Of a stretch of DNA of 64,000 nucleotides, positions 46,786 through 55,386 are shown piece after piece. The position numbers and the translations under genes were made by a program. Origin of the DNA: a phage; NCBI GenBank assembly GCA_020241125.1, contig GCA_020241125.1_4708.1. The stretch is one strand, 5' to 3'. The first letter of the stretch is position 1. Each line of letters opens with the position of its first letter. Under the pieces are notes generated by a model, which worked only from the letters and a program-made list of their open reading frames with translations, was not told where the DNA came from and ran no database searches.

Positions 46786-47616
46786 TTAATCGTAACTAAA
46801 ATAAAGTTTGCTGCTGACGCCGCTATCGGAATGAGGTTTTAACACCAGAACAGAGCTTCCGAACGACGGAAGTATTGGAACATCTAAATCGTTCGCATCG
46901 GCAACTTTTCCATTATAAACGACATTGGCTGTTGTGATGAGTTCCCAGGCTAAGGTATAACTCATTGAAATCAGCGACGAGGCTAAACGGAATGCATTGT
47001 ATCCTTCTGGAGTATCTCCAACCGACATCGTACGTATCGCATCTTGCGGCGGTAAATTTAGCTTGATGCCGTAGGTGCTGAATGTGTGGAAATCCCCTTG
47101 TTTACTATCTTCTGGATAATACGAGGTTAGCGGTTCTCGCACCGTAATCAGTTCGCTAATATCGGTACTTACCGCTTTTCGGGCGAGGAATTGAAACGTA
47201 CCGTACCACGATGCTGATGTATCAGAATGAACGGGAACAGCTATGGTTTTCTCGTCGCTTTCAAATTTAACCTGCGACACTAACGCTGAAGAATCAAAGA
47301 TCGTTAAATCGATCTTCAACCCATACTTCTTAAACAGCTGCGTTAAGCAGTCTGCTATCGTCGTCTTATCAGCAACGACAATAAAAGGTTGGTGTTTGAT
47401 AAAGAGCTTATTAATGTCTCGACGTTGAAGATAAACCTGTACGGGGTCTTCGATATAGTAAGCCGATTGTGGTGCGGGGACTATAGAAAGGCGTAACCGA
47501 CCTGATGCACCATACCAGGCTGGCGTTAACGTAACGTCTGACAGAGACAACGGGTGCTGGAGATAGGCGTTTATTTTAGATAACACTTCCTCCTGCCATG
47601 ATGCTTCAGGATACAT
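46786..47616 (-). CDS. Receptor-binding-protein family member with shared N-terminal anchor domain
   Basis: 276 aa; N-terminus YLQRRDINKLFIKHQPFIVV...YGLKIDLTIFD aligns with other RBP N-termini. Confidence 0.5.
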   Translation of the reverse strand: MYPEASWQEEVLSKINAYLQHPLSLSDVTLTPAWYGASGRLRLSIVPAPQSAYYIEDPVQVYLQRRDINKLFIKHQPFIVVADKTTIADCLTQLFKKYGLKIDLTIFDSSALVSQVKFESDEKTIAVPVHSDTSASWYGTFQFLARKAVSTDISELITVREPLTSYYPEDSKQGDFHTFSTYGIKLNLPPQDAIRTMSVGDTPEGYNAFRLASSLISMSYTLAWELITTANVVYNGKVADANDLDVPILPSFGSSVLVLKPHSDSGVSSKLYFSYD

Positions 47617-47665
47617 GCTGACCTCATAGATGATCGTTGATAGGAAAGAAACCTAATTCATACCA

Positions 47666-47733
47666 TGGGAGCCTCAAAAAAAAAAAACGAAAAAATAGGA
47701 AAACGGTGTTCATCCTTTTTAGGGATGAACACC
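47666..47733 (-). terminator. Intrinsic (rho-independent) terminator
   Basis: Perfect 11-bp stem GGTGTTCATCC/GGATGAACACC (47705..47733) followed on the minus-strand transcript by a long U-tract (plus-strand A-run 47666..47700); lies just downstream of gene 47755..48330. Confidence 0.8.
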
Positions 47734-47754
47734 GCGTACCGTTATATCGAACGA

Positions 47755-48330
47755 TTAATGAGGAATCAGATCGTTAAGCTTTTCTTCTTCAATGACAAAG
47801 AAGTTGTTCTGGTCGTCTAAATCTGTTAACAGGACTTGTCCGACAGTAAAGCACGTACCGCCCTTCTTAGGCACCCATACCGGCTCATTCGTTACCTTAT
47901 CGGGATACCATTTGAAACGATTGGTATCCAAGAAGAACGCTGCTTTGTTTGCTTTATCGGTTGAACGATAGCTAACCAATGCAGGCCACTCAATCCAGGT
48001 GTTTGTGCATGGTACATGTAAAGGATACCATGCGCGCCAGCGTTTGCCCGGACTGTTAGGATCAACCCAATACTCGGCAGTCAATACAGCATCTTTATAA
48101 TGTTTCTGCATTAACATTTCGAGCACAAGCTCATTGCCTTTTGATGCGTCTAAAGTCACTTCCGTCATATAAAGAGATTTAGGTAATTCAGACTGTTTTG
48201 CGGGTGTTACAACACCGGTAACCAACGGTCTGCTCGGTTTACGTTTCTGTTCTTTCCGACGTGTGTAAAAGAATAGTCCGATAGATACAGCAACAAGTAT
48301 AATAAACAACACTACCTTAATCCAATTCAT
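47755..48330 (-). CDS. Hypothetical membrane-anchored protein
   Basis: 191 aa; N-terminal hydrophobic segment MNWIKVVLFIILVAVSIGLFFY followed by a basic stretch. Confidence 0.5.
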   Translation of the reverse strand: MNWIKVVLFIILVAVSIGLFFYTRRKEQKRKPSRPLVTGVVTPAKQSELPKSLYMTEVTLDASKGNELVLEMLMQKHYKDAVLTAEYWVDPNSPGKRWRAWYPLHVPCTNTWIEWPALVSYRSTDKANKAAFFLDTNRFKWYPDKVTNEPVWVPKKGGTCFTVGQVLLTDLDDQNNFFVIEEEKLNDLIPH

Positions 48331-49076
48331 TCGTCAATATCTCCTTCCACAAACAGAGTCAATTTGATTTCAGGATCATAGAACATGGTAATCACATCAT
48401 CTTGCTCTACTGAACGCTGTGCTGTCCATATTAACTGTTCATCCCGAATATCAAATTTATGTCGTTCGTCACTCACCACAGCTTCCGCATCAACGTAATG
48501 GTAAACATCACCGAGAGGATTCTCAATCCAGCCGCGTACCATCAAACGTTCTTTTTGTTTACGTGTAAAGAAGCGATAGGGATCTTCGCACGTGCGCCAT
48601 ACGTCCCCCTTCTCGCTAACCAGTTCATCATAAACTTTAGAGAGTTCGTCAGGCACCGGAATCAAAATGTTATCTTGATAGTTCGACCAGAAACGACGTA
48701 CGTCTTGGATCAACTCATCGTCTGGGAGTTTAGTCGCTATGTTACTATAATCGATTTCAACAGTATCGATATCAAGACGGGTAAACGGAAGAGCGTCTAG
48801 GTTTCCCACCATGACCTCGATCTGATCATGATGGACACGAATCCATCCATCGAACCATCTGTACCCATCAGCTTGATATAACGTTGTGTGATAAGTGACG
48901 ACGTTAATATCCTCGAACGATTCTAATAAGGCTTTAGCGGCTAAAAGCGGTGAAAAGTTCTTCGATTGTCCTGGTTTACGTATTTCTTCTTTGATAAACA
49001 ATTTACCGAGCAGTGGGTGTTCGATAACAAAACCACAGGAAAGCATGATGCTTCCTTGATAACGTGCTTCTTGCAT
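48327..49076 (-). CDS. Hypothetical protein
   Basis: 249-aa ORF; 4-nt overlap with downstream gene. Confidence 0.5.
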   Translation of the reverse strand: MQEARYQGSIMLSCGFVIEHPLLGKLFIKEEIRKPGQSKNFSPLLAAKALLESFEDINVVTYHTTLYQADGYRWFDGWIRVHHDQIEVMVGNLDALPFTRLDIDTVEIDYSNIATKLPDDELIQDVRRFWSNYQDNILIPVPDELSKVYDELVSEKGDVWRTCEDPYRFFTRKQKERLMVRGWIENPLGDVYHYVDAEAVVSDERHKFDIRDEQLIWTAQRSVEQDDVITMFYDPEIKLTLFVEGDIDE

Positions 49077-49194
49077 TTTTTATTCCTTAAACAAAAGATT
49101 GTCTTTTACGCGACATGATTACAAGTACACAGGTTACTGAATTTCTGTAAAAGTTAATTTTCGTAAACTAAAAGAAAATGTATCCGTGTTTCCT

Positions 49195-49231
49195 GGTTCT
49201 TCCCCTCCACAGCCTCAGGAAGAGAAGAACC
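49195..49231 (-). terminator. Hairpin downstream of gene 49252..49500
   Basis: GGTTCTTC...GAAGAACC outer stem with alternative inner pairings (TTCTTCC/GGAAGAG). Confidence 0.4.
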
Positions 49232-49251
49232 GTTTGCTAAGTTGTTATGTA

Positions 49252-49500
49252 TTAAAATGCATTGATTGGACTGTTCAACGCTTTATCACGGATTTGAATC
49301 GCCGCCAGCATTGCTTTCTGGTACGAATCGTAGGCATCGACAGAAACAGTCGTATCAACCAATTCCTTTAATGCGGATTCAGCCGCTTTTACACGGACGC
49401 GGAACTTGGTGATTGCGTTATCTTTGTTACGATAAACCGTGATGTGGTGCAGCGGTTGAACTTTGGTTTTAACGGATTTAGTTGCTTTGATCGTTTTCAT
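49252..49500 (-). CDS. Hypothetical small basic protein
   Basis: 82-aa ORF bounded by hairpins on both sides. Confidence 0.45.
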   Translation of the reverse strand: MKTIKATKSVKTKVQPLHHITVYRNKDNAITKFRVRVKAAESALKELVDTTVSVDAYDSYQKAMLAAIQIRDKALNSPINAF

Positions 49501-49552
49501 GATGATTTCCTTCTTTATTAGGATGATTACATTTAGTCAGTTTAACAGCATA

Positions 49553-49580
49553 AGCCCTTCCCACCTTACGCAGGAAGGGC
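49553..49580 (-). terminator. Conserved palindromic hairpin (member 11)
   Basis: CATAA-GCCCTTCC-caccttacgca-GGAAGGGC-ATAC. Confidence 0.55.
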
Positions 49581-49593
49581 ATACGGATTTGTT

Positions 49594-50091
49594 TTACGTG
49601 TGTCGTCGTTTACCAAAGAAAATGTGGCTATCTACCACGGTGATATTGGTAGCATGTTTTCTGAAATGTTTAGGGCGAAGATGTTTCGCGTTAAAGAATA
49701 CGGCTCCTCGTGTTGGGTCGGCTTTATGGTAAGCCGCAATGTCAGTATAACGTAATGTTGCGACCTCTCGTGCTATTGCTCTTGCTCGCTCAAAAGCAGC
49801 ATGATCGCGTATGACAATACGCCTTTGTTTTGTCCAGGGGAATTGACCTCTTTGCAGTACGACGTCTCTGACGTTCGTAGGGAATCGGTAGTCCATAGAT
49901 CGATTATGTATTAAAAACGCCACGGAGTATTGCCCTTTTACAGATTCGCCTCTGGCTTCCATATACACAGCGCATGCGACGATCTCTTTCCGGCAATCGA
50001 TTCTAGGTCCTGCGTTCACCGATGCTTGACTGAACGGTGTGATAAGCAACATAACAAGCCCTAAAATCAACGTGTGTAAAATACCTTGCAT
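49594..50091 (-). CDS. Secreted SleB-like cell-wall hydrolase (candidate endolysin)
   Basis: N-terminal signal peptide (MQGILHTLILGLVMLLITPFSQASVNA); CAVYMEARGES matches the hallmark YxEARGE motif of SleB/CwlJ-type hydrolases. Confidence 0.6.
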   Translation of the reverse strand: MQGILHTLILGLVMLLITPFSQASVNAGPRIDCRKEIVACAVYMEARGESVKGQYSVAFLIHNRSMDYRFPTNVRDVVLQRGQFPWTKQRRIVIRDHAAFERARAIAREVATLRYTDIAAYHKADPTRGAVFFNAKHLRPKHFRKHATNITVVDSHIFFGKRRHT

Positions 50092-50344
50092 CTTAATAAC
50101 CTCACGATAAGGTGCTGTCCACTGGCGTCTTGATAACGCATCCCGTCTATCGGGTTGTTCTATTCAGCGGGCAGCAGGTTAGCGTCAGATGTTTGCCCGA
50201 CATCCACGACAGAAATAAACGGTACTGAAAATACGGTCTCCTCTGGTTTGGCAATAAACATAACGTTGGATAACAGAACCCATTTCCCGCATCCAACGCG
50301 GTAAAGGTGTACATCGTTTGAAGTCATATAGTTTCTCAAAGATG

Positions 50345-50749
50345 TTAACCTCTACCGTCGAGCCATAGGTTGTATTTATCCCGAACATACGGCTCACGAT
50401 AAATACGTCGATAGACTTGATGCGGTATAAACTTGCAATGTACGAGTTCGTCGCTTAATTTATGCCGTCGCTCCATACCGTTGTGAATACGACGTATCTC
50501 CCGGATATTAAAGGTTGTTTTATTCAAGAGAATAGACATAATGGCGGATCGATGATCCAGATTAAAGATCGCCATCACGCTTCGTATCTCGCGTAAAACA
50601 ACTTCTCTATCGACAAGGATGCGATTAGTTAACTTAAGATTCTCCGTGATACCCATAACCTTCATCCTCGACACGTCGACACATCGGTAAAAATAAACAC
50701 CAGCTTGTTGCACTGAGGACCGCCGTTGCGACGATATTTGCGATATCAC
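50345..50749 (-). CDS. Hypothetical protein (uncertain)
   Basis: 134-aa ORF overlapping neighbouring ORFs in other frames; start uncertain. Confidence 0.3.
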   Translation of the reverse strand: MISQISSQRRSSVQQAGVYFYRCVDVSRMKVMGITENLKLTNRILVDREVVLREIRSVMAIFNLDHRSAIMSILLNKTTFNIREIRRIHNGMERRHKLSDELVHCKFIPHQVYRRIYREPYVRDKYNLWLDGRG

Positions 50750-51005
50750 TCAATCGAGCATCGGCTTGCCACATAACAAGCATGAAAAGAACGTACGCGA
50801 ACCCATACACGACAAACCGTTTTATGTTACGCGTCGACCATGTACAAATATACAAAAGGGGAAGCTGCCCTATAACACAAACGATGGTTCGGATAACGTA
50901 ATAAACGCGTTCCGTCGTTGTTTCAAAATCGATATTCGTTGCAGAAATCCCAATCATTATAAAAGTGAAAATGAAATAGATTTTTGCGTATGTCTTTAAA
51001 CTCAT
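50634..51005 (-). CDS. Small multi-pass membrane protein (holin-like candidate)
   Basis: 123 aa with several hydrophobic segments (IYFIFTFIMIGISA, VIRTIVCVIGQLPLLYI, VVYGFAYVLFMLVMW). Confidence 0.45.
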   Translation of the reverse strand: MSLKTYAKIYFIFTFIMIGISATNIDFETTTERVYYVIRTIVCVIGQLPLLYICTWSTRNIKRFVVYGFAYVLFMLVMWQADARLSDIANIVATAVLSATSWCLFLPMCRRVEDEGYGYHGES

Positions 51006-51021
51006 GGCTTTTCCCGATCGT

Positions 51022-51255
51022 TTATTTGTGTTTTCCTACATTCCTCAACAAGGTAACGATAACGAATACCGCTATCATCAAGAAGACGAACCATAACCCT
51101 ACGTTAATTCGGGCAGCAGGTTCATCGACCATGAAGAACATCATCCCACAAAACCCAATGACCATCCATGCTAGAACCATCCCCGTTAATCCCCGTAGTA
51201 GCATATGTCCCATCATGAACTCCTTCTTACTTTTTCTGATAAAGCGATGATTCAA
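51022..51255 (-). CDS. Small two-TM membrane protein
   Basis: 77 aa; hydrophobic segments LTGMVLAWMVIGFCGMMFFMV and LWFVFLMIAVFVIVTLL. Confidence 0.45.
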   Translation of the reverse strand: MNHRFIRKSKKEFMMGHMLLRGLTGMVLAWMVIGFCGMMFFMVDEPAARINVGLWFVFLMIAVFVIVTLLRNVGKHK

Positions 51256-51389
51256 ATTTTAGAAACATCACTAACGCGAATGCGAGTAATAACGCACGTA
51301 CCCACATACCTCCTTGACAACTGTTGTACAACATAAAGACCAGAGCGATGCCGCCCATATGCAGGCGGCACTTATCGAACAGTGTTGGT

Positions 51390-51617
51390 TTATACATAAG
51401 AGATCAATCGTTGAATGATTTTTACTTTGCCTTTGCCTGGACCTTTCTTGCGGCGATTCAACAGACGGATACTGTTTCCAGTTACGGTGTCGCCATCATA
51501 ATCAGCCCGGAACTGTGATAAAAAAGCAGGTTGTATCTGATCGACACCAGGATTGCTGTGGAAAGGATTGAGACTTAAAAGAGGGTTAGCTGGAATCATC
51601 GTATTGTCCTTACTCAA
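51390..51617 (-). CDS. Hypothetical small protein
   Basis: 75-aa ORF. Confidence 0.35.
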   Translation of the reverse strand: MSKDNTMIPANPLLSLNPFHSNPGVDQIQPAFLSQFRADYDGDTVTGNSIRLLNRRKKGPGKGKVKIIQRLISYV

Positions 51618-51968
51618 TTATTTACCCAGATAGAGATATTCAGCGCCCTGAACAACGCCGGTTGTTGGATCAACCAGTACGCGAACCCGTGCGTAGGTCT
51701 TGAAAGAGGGATTGAAAACTTCGAAGTCGGCCACTTTCAATTTCACGCTGGGATTGATAGGGTTCTTAACTCCTGGAAGTTCTTTCGGTAATCCGAAGTC
51801 GACTCCATATTCTTCAAGGTCTGCTGGCGTCATGCTCTCCATGGCCATGTAGACCGCTTTTGCTTTATCGTAAACTTCCGGGCTATCCAACAATCCAGCC
51901 TGCGCTGAACCGACAACACTACCGAACAGAATAGCAACAGCAACAAACAATTTAGTTAACGTTTTCAT
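51618..51968 (-). CDS. Small secreted protein
   Basis: 116 aa; signal peptide MKTLTKLFVAVAILFGSVVGSAQA. Confidence 0.5.
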   Translation of the reverse strand: MKTLTKLFVAVAILFGSVVGSAQAGLLDSPEVYDKAKAVYMAMESMTPADLEEYGVDFGLPKELPGVKNPINPSVKLKVADFEVFNPSFKTYARVRVLVDPTTGVVQGAEYLYLGK

Positions 51969-52006
51969 GATCGTTTCCTTAATAACTTAAATAAACCAAT
52001 TTAGTA

Positions 52007-52429
52007 TTAACGTACGGCCGCTACACTGTTAGCGCATGCCTGAATATCATCGGTATTTACGATGATGGTTTCGTTAAACGCACGAATACGCGCACGACGT
52101 GCTTCTTTAAGGCTGGCGATTGCGTTAGCAGCTTGATCTGTATTCGCAAGGCTAATAACTGGGATCAAGCGCATGTCCGGACTGCAGATATTCAATGCCT
52201 GGTATACACGTCCATTGATTCCTACGGTATCAGACATCGGATAGTGCGCACGGCATTGAAATTGACCCATGACAACAAGCGAACGATCTGAGATACCAAT
52301 CTGATAACGACCATCTTCACTGTAGGCGTAGCAGTTATTCCCACGAGCCATCCAGTTAGCCTGTGCTTGCGTGCTAACAAAAGCCAGGGTGGTGACGATA
52401 GCGAATACGATATTTTTGAACAGTTTCAT
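52007..52429 (-). CDS. Small secreted protein
   Basis: Start set at internal Met (MKLFKNIVFAIVTTLAFVSTQAQA signal peptide) because the ORF-track start at 52498 runs through a terminator hairpin. Confidence 0.5.
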   Translation of the reverse strand: MKLFKNIVFAIVTTLAFVSTQAQANWMARGNNCYAYSEDGRYQIGISDRSLVVMGQFQCRAHYPMSDTVGINGRVYQALNICSPDMRLIPVISLANTDQAANAIASLKEARRARIRAFNETIIVNTDDIQACANSVAAVR

Positions 52430-52465
52430 GATAAAGATCCTTATTGAAATAAAATCGGTATAAAG

Positions 52466-52482
52466 GCCCCCATTTAGGGGGA
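52466..52482 (-). terminator. Short GC hairpin, putative terminator
   Basis: CCCCC-ATTTA-GGGGG hairpin immediately downstream of gene 52488..52805, followed by U-rich sequence on the minus transcript. Confidence 0.45.
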
Positions 52483-52487
52483 CCTGA

Positions 52488-52805
52488 TTAGTTTGCACGT
52501 AAGAAATGACCTAGAACCGTTACAATTGGAAACAGTCCTGTAACCGTATTATCACCCGAAAACATCATCTTTGAGTCGTTAACGGTGATGAAACGGATGT
52601 CGGTTGCGGATCCGTCGATAGCGACAAAACGCATTGAGTTCGGTGGAAGATCCTCAACAACTTCCACGAGGTGTTCACGATTTTCAAAGGCTTCTTTAAC
52701 ACGACGCATGAAACGAATCAATGTTCCTTCAGCGTCGGCTTCCAAATGACCTAAGATATCGCGATTATTGCGAATAGCGAATACAGACATTTTAAACATA
52801 CACAT
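52488..52805 (-). CDS. Hypothetical small protein
   Basis: 105-aa ORF; preceded by conserved promoter/leader element (copy B). Confidence 0.5.
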   Translation of the reverse strand: MCMFKMSVFAIRNNRDILGHLEADAEGTLIRFMRRVKEAFENREHLVEVVEDLPPNSMRFVAIDGSATDIRFITVNDSKMMFSGDNTVTGLFPIVTVLGHFLRAN

Positions 52806-52895
52806 CTTGACATCCTCTTATATTGGATTGATTGCTAATAATTCAAGGTGAAGCTGATTACTGCATTGCTTCACCTAGGTAATATAGCCGTGAAA
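52806..52895 (-). promoter_or_regulatory. Conserved promoter/5' leader element, copy B
   Basis: Proximal CAATCCAATATAAGAGGATGTCAAG-ATG and distal TTTCACGGCTATATTACCTAGGTG about 67 nt upstream; near-identical to copy A. Confidence 0.5.
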
Positions 52896-52910
52896 ATTAA
52901 TGCATTAATT
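52895..52910. promoter_or_regulatory. Perfect 16-bp palindrome AATTAATGCATTAATT (candidate operator)
   Basis: Exact self-complementary 16-mer between the stop of gene 52914..53939 and promoter element copy B. Confidence 0.4.
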
Positions 52911-52913
52911 TAT

Positions 52914-53939
52914 TCACGACTTCGCCATGTAGGGTTGAATCGCATGGAAGCGTTTAACCACAACTTCAGGAAAAAGTTTGATGATTTCATCAGGCGGTGC
53001 TGCACCTTCTGTCCAACGATAGCGTTCAACCTTCTCGATGCGTGGACTCCCTCCGACGTCAGCGATACGAAAGATACAGGCGATGCCTAAATCAAAACAC
53101 ACGCTGTAAATATCTTCCGTGCCTCCTTTATCAGCAAGTATTTTCGCAAAATGCTCGTTATCAGGAAGAATGGCTAAATTACGTATACGCCAAACATTAT
53201 TACCCATTTCTTCAAGGATTGGGTATGTTAAAGTGTGTCCGTGTCGTGTTAACCATCGATGATTTTCGAGGTAGAAGTCCTTATCCCCTGGCCGGTAACC
53301 CATAATCACTCCCGTGTAGAAGAGATTGGGCATATCGAGCAGTTCTTGAATCGTTGGGCCGGTATACTCCCAGAGACAGATTTGTTTGCGGTCTATATCG
53401 TAATCTGTAACGTTACTCACCTCCCAACTTATCGTAAGTTCGTCGATAACATGCCAACCTAAAGTGTGTTCGCAACAAAATAGATTAACAATGGCTGATA
53501 TCTCATACTTGTCAAATACCCCCAAATTACACGGTGGTTGCATCGTACGTAACGGCTCCCATAACGCACTGTAATCATAGAGCAAGTGCCGACACAAACT
53601 TTTTGTTAGTGGTGTCTGTTCAGTAAACAGTGGAAGAATCACCTTATCCAATAACAGACGTAACGGATGGTCGTCTGGTGGTAGAGGAGCAACTAGACGA
53701 CCTCCTTCTTTAGGGTAATCAGGGCCAAACCCGTAACGCTCCGAAATGAGTGCAATCAACACTTTTGCTACGCGATTACGTAGCATGCGATGGATATCAT
53801 CACTGTAACTGAATTTCGGTTTATTTCCGCAAACGAAGGTGAAGTATCTAGGTGATAGCTTAACCATAATCTTTTCCTTAATCCAAATAGTACGTGATGG
53901 ATAGGTCTTTTCCATTGAATACAATATCCGTACAGTCAT
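52914..53939 (-). CDS. Hypothetical protein
   Basis: 341-aa ORF; no recognisable motif. Confidence 0.5.
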   Translation of the reverse strand: MTVRILYSMEKTYPSRTIWIKEKIMVKLSPRYFTFVCGNKPKFSYSDDIHRMLRNRVAKVLIALISERYGFGPDYPKEGGRLVAPLPPDDHPLRLLLDKVILPLFTEQTPLTKSLCRHLLYDYSALWEPLRTMQPPCNLGVFDKYEISAIVNLFCCEHTLGWHVIDELTISWEVSNVTDYDIDRKQICLWEYTGPTIQELLDMPNLFYTGVIMGYRPGDKDFYLENHRWLTRHGHTLTYPILEEMGNNVWRIRNLAILPDNEHFAKILADKGGTEDIYSVCFDLGIACIFRIADVGGSPRIEKVERYRWTEGAAPPDEIIKLFPEVVVKRFHAIQPYMAKS

Positions 53940-54324
53940 GGATCGTCGGTAATACCATTTTGGCGGCTATCGGAACATACGCCTGCAACTCCATGAAGTT
54001 ATCCATACGGAATGCACGACGCACCATCAACGGTGTTAGTGTAAACGTTACGCTGACGTTACCGCCCGGAGTCAAGTGCATTATCGCATGCCCATGATCG
54101 CACCAACAATGGTTTTCGATCCATCCAGTGTAAATCAGAATATTTTTATCCTCATCGTAATAAGCAATGCCAGTCTGCTTTAAACGGCTGGTAAATCGAG
54201 AGGCCTGCTCATAGCCCGCACGCAACATTCGAGCAACCAGGCGAGTGTTGTTAGCGATTCGATTCTGTTCGTTGGTTTTTGTGGTTTTGAAAAGTTCGAT
54301 ACGTTCTGCTTTTGTAATTTGCAT
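53878..54324 (-). CDS. Hypothetical protein
   Basis: 148-aa ORF; overlaps downstream gene by ~60 nt so the boundary is uncertain. Confidence 0.4.
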   Translation of the reverse strand: MQITKAERIELFKTTKTNEQNRIANNTRLVARMLRAGYEQASRFTSRLKQTGIAYYDEDKNILIYTGWIENHCWCDHGHAIMHLTPGGNVSVTFTLTPLMVRRAFRMDNFMELQAYVPIAAKMVLPTIHDCTDIVFNGKDLSITYYLD

Positions 54325-54329
54325 GATTA

Positions 54330-54743
54330 CTAACCTAATGAATTGCGTTTAAATAATTGGATGTATGGGGTACCAAATAAAGGACTGTATGAATGTATTC
54401 GGTTCTCCTCTGATTCGTAATACTCGATAGGCCACGATATTGGTTTAGGTAAACGATCTAACGCTTGCAACACGGCGAGTTTAACGCTATTACTTTCGAT
54501 CGGATACGGAAGTACCGTTGACGAACAGAACACACGTGTTCGATGTAAATAAATGAGATGCTGCTGTAGCTTAGACGAACGCCTACGCTTGATTAAGAAA
54601 CCAGTTACGCGGCAATCGGAGTGATCGTAGTGATAACGTGCGCTATCGAAATAAACCTGTTCTCCTCTAACAATGAGATACTTTATCGCTTGCATGAAAG
54701 AGTAACGGCGTAATTCTCCATTAGCCAACATGACACGAATCAT
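54330..54743 (-). CDS. Hypothetical protein
   Basis: 137-aa ORF. Confidence 0.45.
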   Translation of the reverse strand: MIRVMLANGELRRYSFMQAIKYLIVRGEQVYFDSARYHYDHSDCRVTGFLIKRRRSSKLQQHLIYLHRTRVFCSSTVLPYPIESNSVKLAVLQALDRLPKPISWPIEYYESEENRIHSYSPLFGTPYIQLFKRNSLG

Positions 54744-55342
54744 TACTTATGTTCCAGTGTTGGTCCAAACAACCAGAATGTCAGGCGCTGATAGACCTGT
54801 TCGCTGACCGCGGCTTCTGTTTGCTCTTCTAGTGATTTCCCTTTTTTATGCTGTATTTCTGGCGGGATGTCGCCCGTGTAAACATACCCTGTTGAGAAGT
54901 CCCACGCCAGCCGTTTACCGAATGTGGGTAAGAACACCTCTTCGAATCGGAACGCTTTCGAATTCCAATGAAGCAGCTGATCGGATTCAACACGTAATGC
55001 TTTATTACGTTTGCTTGGCATGTTTCCGAAGTACTGAACGATGGCTGACTTCATAACCCGATCAGCGAAGTCTTTGGCTTCGGTCTCATCGAGGGGAGGC
55101 AGGCGATGCGATAGATTCAGCTTGCGTTGTTCAACATCAATCTTACGCATCGCTTTAATCAAATCACTAGGGACGATTTTACCCTTATGTCCTTCCTGTC
55201 GGTGTATGAAACACCCCTGGAATAACACGCAAAGTTCTTGAGGTGCGGTACTTTCCATTCGTCCGTAAGCAACGATCACCGAACGGCGACGGTCGATAAC
55301 TTCGCGGATAAACCGCGGCTCAGTAATACTCACCACTGTCAT
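54743..55342 (-). CDS. Hypothetical protein
   Basis: 199-aa ORF. Confidence 0.45.
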   Translation of the reverse strand: MTVVSITEPRFIREVIDRRRSVIVAYGRMESTAPQELCVLFQGCFIHRQEGHKGKIVPSDLIKAMRKIDVEQRKLNLSHRLPPLDETEAKDFADRVMKSAIVQYFGNMPSKRNKALRVESDQLLHWNSKAFRFEEVFLPTFGKRLAWDFSTGYVYTGDIPPEIQHKKGKSLEEQTEAAVSEQVYQRLTFWLFGPTLEHK

Positions 55343-55386
55343 TTAAAGCCCTCTTTATCTTTTTCCATTTCTCTTTACATAACCAC

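Noticed and set aside
50185-50397. 70-aa minus-strand ORF
   Set aside because: Overlaps the adjacent ORF in a different frame and has no supporting features; left unannotated
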